Assembly (NCBI GenBank): GCA_016176525.1 | Contig: JACOWZ010000003.1 | Location: 128,001-192,000 of the forward strand | Length of the DNA stretch: 64,000 bases | Direction of reading: 5' to 3' | Source of the DNA: Candidatus Colwellbacteria bacterium | GTDB taxonomy: Bacteria; Patescibacteriota; Minisyncoccia; UBA6257; Colwellbacteraceae | In this document: piece by piece, positions 56,333 to 64,000 of the stretch | How positions within the stretch are numbered: position 1 is the first letter of the stretch | Layout of the letters: every line of letters begins with the position of its first letter | Program-made: the position numbers and the translations under genes | The notes under the pieces: generated by a model | What the model saw: only the letters and a program-made list of their open reading frames with translations | What the model was told of the DNA's origin: nothing | The model's database searches: none

Positions 56333-56416
56333 GATGATTGAATTGTTAAAAGAAGTAATAAATCGACCTTTACATTGTAAATTATAACAAATTAGGTAAA
56401 ATCAAAACTATTGCTA

Positions 56417-56487
56417 CCCCCCATAGCTTAGTGGTAAAGCTACGGACTCTTAATCCGCAGATCAAGGTTCGATTCCTTGTGGGGGGA
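56417..56487 (+). tRNA. tRNA-Lys (anticodon CUU) with unusual C1:G72 acceptor end
   Basis: Hand fold: GACTCTTAATC anticodon arm, T-loop TTCGATT, acceptor CCCCCCA/TGGGGGG. Confidence 0.55.
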
Positions 56488-56489
56488 CA

Positions 56490-56828
56490 ATGAATTTAGT
56501 AAATAAAAAATGTGTGCCGTGCAAGGGGGGAACACCTCCGATAGAATACGGTGAGGCAAAAAAACTGCACGAACAAATACCTTCTTGGCAATTAATAGAA
56601 GAATACAAAATTTGGCGGCTAAAGAAGACTTACAAATTCAAAGAATTTGCGCAAGCGATGCAATTTGTAAATAAAGTTGCCGATATCGCAGAGCGCGAGG
56701 GGCACCACCCAAACATCAATATACATGATTGGAATAGAGTGGATTTAGAAATCTATACACATAAAATAAAGGGCTTGCACGAAAACGACTTTATACTGGC
56801 GGCAAAAATTGAACAGCTGGCTCTATAA
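56490..56828 (+). CDS. Pterin-4a-carbinolamine dehydratase (PCD/DCoH)
   Basis: EREGHHPNI signature. Confidence 0.8.
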   Translation: MNLVNKKCVPCKGGTPPIEYGEAKKLHEQIPSWQLIEEYKIWRLKKTYKFKEFAQAMQFVNKVADIAEREGHHPNINIHDWNRVDLEIYTHKIKGLHENDFILAAKIEQLAL

Positions 56829-56835
56829 TTAAGAT

Positions 56836-58983
56836 ATGCTTGTAAAGCTGGAGACTCCATTAGGCGAAATTCGCGGTATTGGGCCACATTTTTTGCCTCG
56901 CCTGAAAAAGCTAGGGATTTTAACAGCGCGTGACCTTTTGTACCATTTTCCTTCCCGCTACGAAGACTGGAGTGAAATTGTTAATATTGCGGAATTAAAA
57001 TCAGAGACAGCCTCCTCCGCTAAAGCTACGGGCGGCCAAAGTAAAACAATACGCGCAAGGGTTATAAAAATTGAATCCCGCAGAGCTTGGACAAGGCGAA
57101 AAATGCTAATTATTGAAGGCCTTCTCGCAGACGACTCTGGCGAAATACAAGCAGTTTGGTTTAACCAGCCATATATAAAAAATATATTAAAACCCGGTAC
57201 ACTTGCGAACTTTGCGGGAAAAATCTCGGCGCGCAACAGCAAATTAATTCTCTCAAATCCGACTTATGAATTGGTTGGCAAAACAGAGGCAAAACACACC
57301 GGCCGGCTTGTGCCAATTTATCCAGAAACTAAAGGACTAACATCCAAAGGATTAAGATTTGTTATAAAAGGCGTGTTGGATCACCTAGAAGAAATAGGCG
57401 ACTTTATCCCACCAGAAATTCTTAAATCGGAGAAGATTCCAGAGATAAATAAAGCTCTGCAAAACATACATTTCCCAAAAACTTCTAAAAGCGCGGGAGA
57501 TGCAAAAAACAGGTTCGCATTTGAAGAGCTCTTTTTATTGCAGCTGCGCAACTTACGCGAAAAACTTGCTATTCGCCGCGAGCGCGCACATAAGATAGCA
57601 CACACAAACGATGAAATTAAAGATATATTAAAGGGACTGCCGTTTGAGCTTACAATATCGCAAAAGAAAGCTCTTGTAGAAATATTAAAAGATTTAGACC
57701 AAAACCACCCAATGAACCGCCTGCTCCAAGGCGACGTGGGTTCCGGCAAAACAGTTGTGGCGGGTATTGCTGCGCTTATTGCCGGCAAAGTTGGGCAGGT
57801 TGCAATTATGGCCCCAACCGAAATTTTAGCCCGCCAGCACTACAAAACACTTGTCAAACTCTTTGGTGACGCACACACAAATATCGCACTCTTAATTGGA
57901 AAAGAAGCACGCATACATTACGGCAAAGAACTAGAGACAGCATCAACAAAATCAGATTTAATAAAAAAAATTGCCTCCGGCGAGATAAAAATAGTCGTTG
58001 GCACGCATGCTTTAATACAAAAGAATGTAAAGTTCAAGAATCTCGGCTTAGTTGTTATTGACGAACAGCATAGATTTGGAGTTAGCCAAAGAGCACAGCT
58101 TACCCATTCGACAAGCTCAGGGCAAACTATGCCGCATTTTTTAAGTATGTCTGCAACACCAATACCTAGAACACTAATGCTCTCTATATTCGGCGATTTA
58201 GACTTATCAATAATAGATGAGCTCCCAAAAGGAAGAAAGACAATTTTAACTAAAGTCGTATCCCCTCATAACCGCGACAAAGCATACGCTTTTATACGCG
58301 GACAAGTGCGCCGCGGCAGGCAGGTATTTGTGGTATGCCCACGAATAACAATAAATAATCAAGAACAAGTAACCAAGAATAAATTAGAATTACAGGACAT
58401 AAAAAATGTTGAAGAAGAATATAAAAAGCTGTCTAAAAATGTATTCCCAGACCTAATGGTTCAAATGCTGCACGGTAAGTTAAAAAGTGAAGAAAAGAAA
58501 AAAGTAATGTCTGATTTTACAGATGGCAAAATTGACATACTTGTAACAACTTCTGTTATTGAAGTTGGCGTTGATGTGCCCAATGCCACAATTATGATGA
58601 TAGAAGGGGCAGAAAGGTTCGGACTCGCACAACTTTACCAATTTCGTGGGCGCGTTGGCCGAGGCGAGCACCAATCTTTTTGTTTTTTGTTTACAGAGGC
58701 GGAGTCTAAAACTGCAGAAAAACGCCTTGAGGCAATTGCAAAGGCGAAAAATGGATTTGAATTAGCAGAAGTTGACTTAAAAATACGCGGGCCGGGAGAA
58801 TTTTTGGGCCAATCTCAAACCGGAATACCGGATATCGCCATGGAATCCTTAAAAAATCCGGAGTTACTTGGGCGCGTCCGCACTACAGCGCTAGAAATAA
58901 TTGCGAAAGACCCAGACCTTAAAACACACACCGCCTTATTAGAAAAACTGCGAGAATTCAAACAAAGAGTGCACTTAGAATAA
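56836..58983 (+). CDS. recG: ATP-dependent DNA helicase RecG
   Basis: Wedge domain, GDVGSGKT, DEQH, QLRGRVGRG motifs. Confidence 0.9.
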   Translation: MLVKLETPLGEIRGIGPHFLPRLKKLGILTARDLLYHFPSRYEDWSEIVNIAELKSETASSAKATGGQSKTIRARVIKIESRRAWTRRKMLIIEGLLADDSGEIQAVWFNQPYIKNILKPGTLANFAGKISARNSKLILSNPTYELVGKTEAKHTGRLVPIYPETKGLTSKGLRFVIKGVLDHLEEIGDFIPPEILKSEKIPEINKALQNIHFPKTSKSAGDAKNRFAFEELFLLQLRNLREKLAIRRERAHKIAHTNDEIKDILKGLPFELTISQKKALVEILKDLDQNHPMNRLLQGDVGSGKTVVAGIAALIAGKVGQVAIMAPTEILARQHYKTLVKLFGDAHTNIALLIGKEARIHYGKELETASTKSDLIKKIASGEIKIVVGTHALIQKNVKFKNLGLVVIDEQHRFGVSQRAQLTHSTSSGQTMPHFLSMSATPIPRTLMLSIFGDLDLSIIDELPKGRKTILTKVVSPHNRDKAYAFIRGQVRRGRQVFVVCPRITINNQEQVTKNKLELQDIKNVEEEYKKLSKNVFPDLMVQMLHGKLKSEEKKKVMSDFTDGKIDILVTTSVIEVGVDVPNATIMMIEGAERFGLAQLYQFRGRVGRGEHQSFCFLFTEAESKTAEKRLEAIAKAKNGFELAEVDLKIRGPGEFLGQSQTGIPDIAMESLKNPELLGRVRTTALEIIAKDPDLKTHTALLEKLREFKQRVHLE

Positions 58984-58984
58984 G

Positions 58985-60532
58985 CTAACGTTCTTCACTC
59001 TGGTAATCTTGGTACTGTTGATCCTGGTATTGTTGGTCTTGATATTGCTGATCATATTCCTCTTGATGCTGTTCATCGTAATACTGCTGAGACTGCTCCT
59101 CGTATTGCCTTTGATATTCTTCGCGCTTCGGGAAAACACACTGGCCTTCCTGCCAATATCCCCCTTGTTCAGCGCAGACTCTGGCAGCTTCGTCCTCGCG
59201 CCCTCCGCGCTCTTCACTATTGCCATAACCTCCACAGTCTTGTGGGTTTGCCTCACAATAAGCACGACATTCTTCCTGAGTACTACACCCGCCAGGCCCA
59301 GAAGATTCAAAACCTCCACCCTCTCGCTGAGCTCCGCTTTCATTTGAGCCAGGGCCAAAACCACGGCATTCTTCTGGGTTTTCCTTACAATAAGCCATAC
59401 ATTCCTCTTCGGTTTGGCAACCTCCAGGTCCAGAAAAACCGCCCTCGTGATCTCCAAACCCCTCTGGACCGGGCTGGAAACTTTGGAAACACGCCTCCAT
59501 TTTTTCACCCAATTGCGGAGTTGGGAAACCCTCGCCATTCAACAGCCGGTTAAACTCCGCCTCACCTATACTTTGTTTCAAGCACTCTATAACTTCGGGC
59601 GGAGCTTGCTCCAAACCGCGAGAAAATTCTTGTAAGCCCTCTTTCATACGAGCCTTATCTTCGTCGGATATAAAGCCAGCTTCTTCTGCAAAACGGAAAC
59701 ACTCTTCTACATTATTCTCGTCGTTGCAATACGCCTCGCACTGCTCTTTAGTTCTACAGCCACCCGGCATCTTGCCTTCTTTCATAAAAGTAAGCATCTT
59801 GCGAGCTTGCGATGCCTCCTCCTCATTCATAAGTCCCATCTTTAAACCAAACTCCATACATTCCTCTATGTTTTCGCCCTCAAAACAATACGCTTCACAT
59901 TCTCTTTGCGTACGACATCCACCAGGGGTTTCGCCGTTTCTCATAAGCTCCATAGCGCGCTTTGCGGTTTCCAGTTCGCCCTTATCCATAAAGCCGGCTT
60001 CTTCGGCAAAGGCCAAACATTCTTCCATATTGTCCGGGTTCATGCAGTATTCTTCGCAAGCTTCTTTGTTTGTGCAGCCTGCTGGAATTTGCACACCGCG
60101 CTTGATAGCCGACCGGATTTTTTTAGCTTCGTCTAAATCTTCATTGTCAATAAACCCGTGACGTTCTGCAAACTCTATGCACTCATCTAAGTTTTGGACA
60201 TTATTGCAGTAAGCCTCACAAGAAACATGACTTGTGCAACCTCCAGGACCACCCTCTTTCATCGCACTAGCAAACTTATCTAGGTCTTCTTCTTTTTGCT
60301 CTGCAATAGGCCCTTCAACTAAATTGTGCTTTTTAGCAAAAGCAAAACATGCGCGGAAATTATCCGGATTGTCGCAATACGAGCGGCACTCCTCCTCGCT
60401 TGTGCAACCACCAAGTTCTTCAACTGGGAATACAATATCATCTTTGGAGGCGGCATCTGCAATAGACACGAGAGATGCAACAAAGAGCGGTAAAAAAGCT
60501 AGCGCTAAAACAAGTGTAATGCGTTTATTCAT
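58985..60532 (-). CDS. Secreted Cys-rich repeat protein: signal peptide, seven ~40-aa 4-Cys repeats (GGC.S.EEC.AYC..P.N.EEC..FA...GF), Q/Y-rich acidic tail
   Basis: Repeats read directly from the translation. Opposite-strand ORFs are artifacts of the repeats. Confidence 0.65.
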   Translation of the reverse strand: MNKRITLVLALAFLPLFVASLVSIADAASKDDIVFPVEELGGCTSEEECRSYCDNPDNFRACFAFAKKHNLVEGPIAEQKEEDLDKFASAMKEGGPGGCTSHVSCEAYCNNVQNLDECIEFAERHGFIDNEDLDEAKKIRSAIKRGVQIPAGCTNKEACEEYCMNPDNMEECLAFAEEAGFMDKGELETAKRAMELMRNGETPGGCRTQRECEAYCFEGENIEECMEFGLKMGLMNEEEASQARKMLTFMKEGKMPGGCRTKEQCEAYCNDENNVEECFRFAEEAGFISDEDKARMKEGLQEFSRGLEQAPPEVIECLKQSIGEAEFNRLLNGEGFPTPQLGEKMEACFQSFQPGPEGFGDHEGGFSGPGGCQTEEECMAYCKENPEECRGFGPGSNESGAQREGGGFESSGPGGCSTQEECRAYCEANPQDCGGYGNSEERGGREDEAARVCAEQGGYWQEGQCVFPKREEYQRQYEEQSQQYYDEQHQEEYDQQYQDQQYQDQQYQDYQSEER

Positions 60533-60755
60533 TAAAAGGATTTTGATATGTTTGGGTAAAGGGATTAGTTTCTCTAAGCGGGTTGGTATCTGGCAAATCG
60601 GAAGCTGGGTTTTGTTCTATAGGGGCAAGGATAGACGGGGTTGTTAAATCTTCCAGCGTTGCAGGCGCGCTTTGTTTTTTGAAGAAAAATAAATAATAAA
60701 TGGCCGCAGCTACAAGCACCAATATGGCAATTAGAACAATAGTGTTCTTCTGCAT
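60525..60755 (-). CDS. Small single-pass membrane protein (76 aa) overlapping the start of the Cys-rich protein gene
   Basis: TM IVLIAILVLVAAAIYYLFFF. 8-nt overlap suggests coupling. Confidence 0.4.
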   Translation of the reverse strand: MQKNTIVLIAILVLVAAAIYYLFFFKKQSAPATLEDLTTPSILAPIEQNPASDLPDTNPLRETNPFTQTYQNPFNE

Positions 60756-60813
60756 GTTATAGAAATTATATCATAATTGATTTTTATTACAGAGTGGATA
60801 TTATTATATGTAC

Positions 60814-60885
60814 GCGGGTATCGTATAGTGGCTATTATACCTCGTTGCCAACGAGGAGATGGCGGTTCGATTCCGCTTACCCGCT
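60814..60885 (+). tRNA. tRNA-Gly (anticodon GCC)
   Basis: Hand fold: anticodon stem CCTCG/CGAGG, loop TTGCCAA. Confidence 0.7.
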
Positions 60886-61971
60886 CTGTTTGTTTTTGAG
60901 TTTTTCTAACTCTTCTTTTAGCTTTATCATCTTTAGTTCTCTTCCTATCATTAGTTTGTTCATTGTTTCTAACTCATTGATTTTTTCTTGTAGTTCCTGT
61001 GTTCGCTCTTTTACTTGTTTTTCTAATTGTATTTTTAAAGAAGCCAATATCTCTTTTTTTTCTCTTTCAGTCTGCTCCGCTTCTTTTAAAACTGCTTTTT
61101 CTCTTTCGCGCCGTTTAACCTCTTCGGTGCGATCGTTTACAAAAAATGCAATTCCAATTTGCCTGTTATGGCCGTTTTGCACCGGCGAGAGTGCAGTAGA
61201 AATTATTAAATCTTCTCCTTTACGGTTTTTGGTTTTAACCTCCAAAGCGGTAGTTGATTTGTTTTTTATGGCTTCTTTAAAAAGACCGAGTAATTTATCT
61301 TTAAACTCGCCAACCGCTTTATCAAAAATTAATTTTCCAGAAACATCAACTTCGCTCAAGCCAAAAAGTTTTTGCGCACTCACGTTCCACTGAGTAATTC
61401 TTCCATCCAAATCTGTGATAAATATAGCCTCTCCGGCGTTGTCTAAAACATTTTTAAAATAACGCGATGAGAGCAAAAGACGGCGATATTCGGGTACGTC
61501 AAGCGGCGGGTCTGTACGTATTTGTTCGCGCACCGCGCCGATTGTAGTGCGCATTCTTCTTTTCTGTTTTATGCCTTGAATAAGCTCTAAAACTCGGTTT
61601 TTAAAATCGAAAATGGAATTTATATCTATAACAAGCCAAGAATCGCCTACTCGCGCGGCATATTTAAAATCTCGCTCCATATCTTCTTTTCTTTTTTTAT
61701 TTTCTGTTAAAAATATATAAACCATATCTGGTTCAAGCGAATAAAAATAACGTGCCAATTCAAGTGAAGCAGCCAAATCTTGCTCAAAAATAACTATGAG
61801 GGGGTGCCTCCGCTCATCAAAAAGTTGCTTAAATATTTCTTTAGCTTTATCCCTCTTTGCTATTACACAATCTAAGCTTTCTACAAATAAATCTTTAAAA
61901 AGAATGCGTTCTTTATCCGAAATTTTTCCGGATTCGTTTACATATAAATAACAATCACTTTTAGTCTGCAT
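60877..61971 (-). CDS. Signalling protein: degenerate receiver-like N-domain, PAS domain, ERT-containing coiled coil, C-terminal MNKLMIGRELKMIKLKEEL motif
   Basis: PAS core (AIFITDLDGRITQWN). S-helix-like KERTQEL. No enzymatic output. Confidence 0.6.
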   Translation of the reverse strand: MQTKSDCYLYVNESGKISDKERILFKDLFVESLDCVIAKRDKAKEIFKQLFDERRHPLIVIFEQDLAASLELARYFYSLEPDMVYIFLTENKKRKEDMERDFKYAARVGDSWLVIDINSIFDFKNRVLELIQGIKQKRRMRTTIGAVREQIRTDPPLDVPEYRRLLLSSRYFKNVLDNAGEAIFITDLDGRITQWNVSAQKLFGLSEVDVSGKLIFDKAVGEFKDKLLGLFKEAIKNKSTTALEVKTKNRKGEDLIISTALSPVQNGHNRQIGIAFFVNDRTEEVKRREREKAVLKEAEQTEREKKEILASLKIQLEKQVKERTQELQEKINELETMNKLMIGRELKMIKLKEELEKLKNKQSG

Positions 61972-61977
61972 AATTTA

Positions 61978-63150
61978 TTACAATAACGGTAAACCCAAAA
62001 GATATCTTCCAAGCCATTCTTTTAAAATCTGTGTTGTGGGGGCCATAACATGACTCGCACGCACGTCCCTTAATAATCGCGAGAGATATGAATTCTGGGC
62101 ATAAGCCCTGCCGCCGGCAAGCGACATTGCTTCGTTTACAACATACACTGCCATATCGGCAACATCTGCCTTACAGCCAAGGATAGAAGAAAGCGCGCCG
62201 GGGTCTGCGACATCTCCTCTTTGTCCTGCATCATAAATAAGGCCGCGAGTTTTCTCTACCTGAATCCAAAGATCTGCTAAAGAAATCTGGAGCGCCTGCA
62301 CATTTGAAAGCGAAGTGCCAGAGTGGCTATAGCGGCGAGCTTTAAGATGTTCTTTTACATAATCCAGCGCACCTTGAGCGGCGCCCAAATAACTGCCGGA
62401 CATAGAGAGTAAAAAATAAGGCGCGACTACTTCAAAGACATACCATGTTTGGTCACCTTCTTCGCCTAAAAGATTTTCAACAGGAATTTCTGTATTTTTT
62501 AGCATCATACCGCGCGATGAGTTGCCGCGCATACCAAAACCGTTCCATGCCGGCCCCCATTCAATACCACGCGCACGCTTATCTAAAATAAGCATATTGA
62601 ATTTGCCTTCTCCAGCTTCGCCCTGCAATTCTTCGCTAATATGTGTAGATACAACGTACGAATCGGCGTACCCGCCGTTGGTAATAAAATCTTTCTCCCC
62701 ATTCGCCAAAAATTTTTTGCCGGATTTTGTAAGTTTAGTTTCTGGAAAATAAAAGTGCGCTCCGGAACCGGACTCGGACAAAGCAAGCGTGGTAATATGC
62801 TTGCCTTCGGCTATTGGTTTTAAATAATTCTCCTCTTGGTACGGAGTTGCCTTTGCCGCGATAACTGCAGTACCTACGCAATGCATACCAAAGCAAAGCG
62901 CACAAGAAGGGTCAACCTTACCAATTTCTTCGGAAATTACAGCCAAGGCCTGCAAGCCTTGTTCGTGCCCGCCAAAACGTTTGGGCACATTTAAGCCTAA
63001 GAGGCCTGCATCGCCTAAAGCACGCATGCCCTCTTCGGGCCACCGCGCTTCGCGGTCGTTGCGCTCGGAGTGCGGCCGAATATATTTTTCGCTAACTTCT
63101 CGTGCAACGTCGCGCAAATCTAATATTGTTTTAGATAAAAAGCCCTCCAT
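61978..63150 (-). CDS. Acyl-CoA dehydrogenase family protein. Start moved to MEGFLS; the track's N-terminal extension to 63381 looks spurious.
   Basis: ACAD N-terminal, middle and C-terminal pattern. GC noticeably above window average. Confidence 0.65.
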   Translation of the reverse strand: MEGFLSKTILDLRDVAREVSEKYIRPHSERNDREARWPEEGMRALGDAGLLGLNVPKRFGGHEQGLQALAVISEEIGKVDPSCALCFGMHCVGTAVIAAKATPYQEENYLKPIAEGKHITTLALSESGSGAHFYFPETKLTKSGKKFLANGEKDFITNGGYADSYVVSTHISEELQGEAGEGKFNMLILDKRARGIEWGPAWNGFGMRGNSSRGMMLKNTEIPVENLLGEEGDQTWYVFEVVAPYFLLSMSGSYLGAAQGALDYVKEHLKARRYSHSGTSLSNVQALQISLADLWIQVEKTRGLIYDAGQRGDVADPGALSSILGCKADVADMAVYVVNEAMSLAGGRAYAQNSYLSRLLRDVRASHVMAPTTQILKEWLGRYLLGLPLL

Positions 63151-63220
63151 ATTACAACTATAAGTATACAATATCAGCACAAAAAGAAGCTCCGACCCAA
63201 ATCGGAGCTTATGCGCTTTA

Positions 63221-63685
63221 TTAGTGCCTGTGCGCAATGGGTAGAGGGGGGAGCGTTGCCGCAACGTCGGCATGGCGGTGCTCGAGTTGCGCAAAGCTCC
63301 TTTTGAGTTCTTCGCTCTGCGGATGTTCGCGGCGCGAAGCAGTGTTCTCCTGCATCGCGGCAGTGTAGAACGAGACTTCACGTTCTTTCGGCCCCATCAA
63401 CTCATCGGGGCCGTGGTGATGGTCTCGAACCTGCTCAACCAAGAGCTTTGCCAAGAGTTCGCCAGGATCAAGCTCCAAGCTCATCTCTCCGTACCGGAGT
63501 GCAGCGTGGTCTGTCTTCTCGCCACCGGTGACGTACACGTGCCAACCCTTAAGGGCGAAGAGCGTAGATCGGGTGCTAACGATGATATCTGGCGGCAACC
63601 CTAACGCTTCCTCCAGCTCTTCTCTGGCTTCGTGGAACCGGCCGTTTTCCATCAGCATACGTACCTTCTCTGCATACGTTGGCAT
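63221..63685 (-). CDS. Hypothetical protein (~155 aa), GC-rich; start taken at MPTYAEK behind a GAGGAGG Shine-Dalgarno
   Basis: ORF plus SD. No motif. Confidence 0.4.
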   Translation of the reverse strand: MPTYAEKVRMLMENGRFHEAREELEEALGLPPDIIVSTRSTLFALKGWHVYVTGGEKTDHAALRYGEMSLELDPGELLAKLLVEQVRDHHHGPDELMGPKEREVSFYTAAMQENTASRREHPQSEELKRSFAQLEHRHADVAATLPPLPIAHRH

Positions 63686-63826
63686 TTTTTCTTCCTCCTC
63701 TTCTTTTTTTAACCTAGCCAACCACCTTAGTTGGCCTGCTGCTTTGCAGCTTAGCAGATTTTTAACGCTTTGTCAAGATTGGCGTTTGATTTTATACAAA
63801 TTCCGTAGTAATTTTTCAGAGTACAA

Positions 63827-63897
63827 GGGCCCATAGTTCAATGGCAGAATGACGGTCTCCAAAACCGTTGATCTAGGTTCAAATCCTGGTGGGCCCG
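63827..63897 (+). tRNA. tRNA-Trp (anticodon CCA)
   Basis: Hand fold: acceptor GGGCCCA/TGGGCCC, loop CTCCAAA. Confidence 0.7.
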
Positions 63898-63926
63898 CCG
63901 ACTGCTGCACATTAAAAGGTGAATAC

Positions 63927-64000
63927 ATGGACAACAACAAAATCTTAGAAGTAATAGCTAAATACCGAGAAATGTTTGAGCGGAAAAATATCCCTAAAAA
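63927..64000 (+). CDS. 5' fragment of an unidentified gene (MDNNKILEVIAKYREMF...)
   Basis: ATG preceded by AAAGGTG. Runs off the window. Confidence 0.35.
   Translation, partial: MDNNKILEVIAKYREMFERKNIPK

Noticed and set aside
59724-60161. 145-aa + strand ORF inside the Cys-rich repeat gene
   Set aside because: Antisense artifact of a repetitive coding region.
63151-63381. N-terminal 77-aa extension of the acyl-CoA dehydrogenase ORF (MKSRSTLPRCRR...)
   Set aside because: Arg/Ser-rich, overlaps the neighbouring gene on the other strand. ACAD homology starts at MEGFLS.
1-64000. CRISPR arrays, integrases/transposases, rRNA genes, prophage structural genes
   Set aside because: Scanned for evenly spaced direct repeats, recombinase motifs and rRNA signatures and found none. 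The only mobile-element evidence is the duplicated tRNA-Arg 3' end.

Overview
64-kb fragment of a gene-dense, low-GC (about 40%) bacterial genome that looks like a Candidate Phyla Radiation / Patescibacteria organism. Supporting observations: short IF-2 and ValRS, split transketolase, 14 tRNA genes, cohesin- and dockerin-bearing surface proteins, and salvage-type deoxynucleotide metabolism. Gene order is: dCMP deaminase; two tandem HIT paralogs; thyA; a two-component cluster (PAS histidine kinase plus three CheY-like receivers, one fused to a ~550-aa E/K/R/A charged helix); a cohesin-protein/dockerin-protein pair; a PAS sensor; cca; tsaD; valS; PrsW-like protease; Hsp20; KaiC-like ATPase; rbfA-infB; SemiSWEET; MazG-like; lysyl-oxidase-like; PQQ sugar dehydrogenase; split tkt; rpe; clpB; htrA; cysteine desulfurase; split PMM/PGM; ftsK; recA; dgkA; folD; glyA; SDR; dcd-like; Nudix; two SLOG-superfamily proteins; recG; a Cys-rich repeat secreted protein; an acyl-CoA dehydrogenase. 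The most unusual items are: (1) a tandem pair of membrane proteins homologous to the plant/cyanobacterial ethylene-binding domain (conserved Cys and His copper ligands) with no kinase output; (2) a C-terminal helical motif (MxGRELKMxELKKxI) shared by four sensor proteins; (3) a GC-rich, GC3-biased two-gene island abutting tRNA-Arg with a 21-bp duplication of the tRNA 3' end; (4) a ~650-nt ORF-free, tetraloop-rich region bracketed by a near-consensus promoter and an intrinsic terminator (candidate large ncRNA); (5) a secreted protein with seven 4-Cys repeats. I found no CRISPR array, rRNA, integrase or transposase. All coordinates are read by eye from the sequence and ORF track; nothing was searched or computed.
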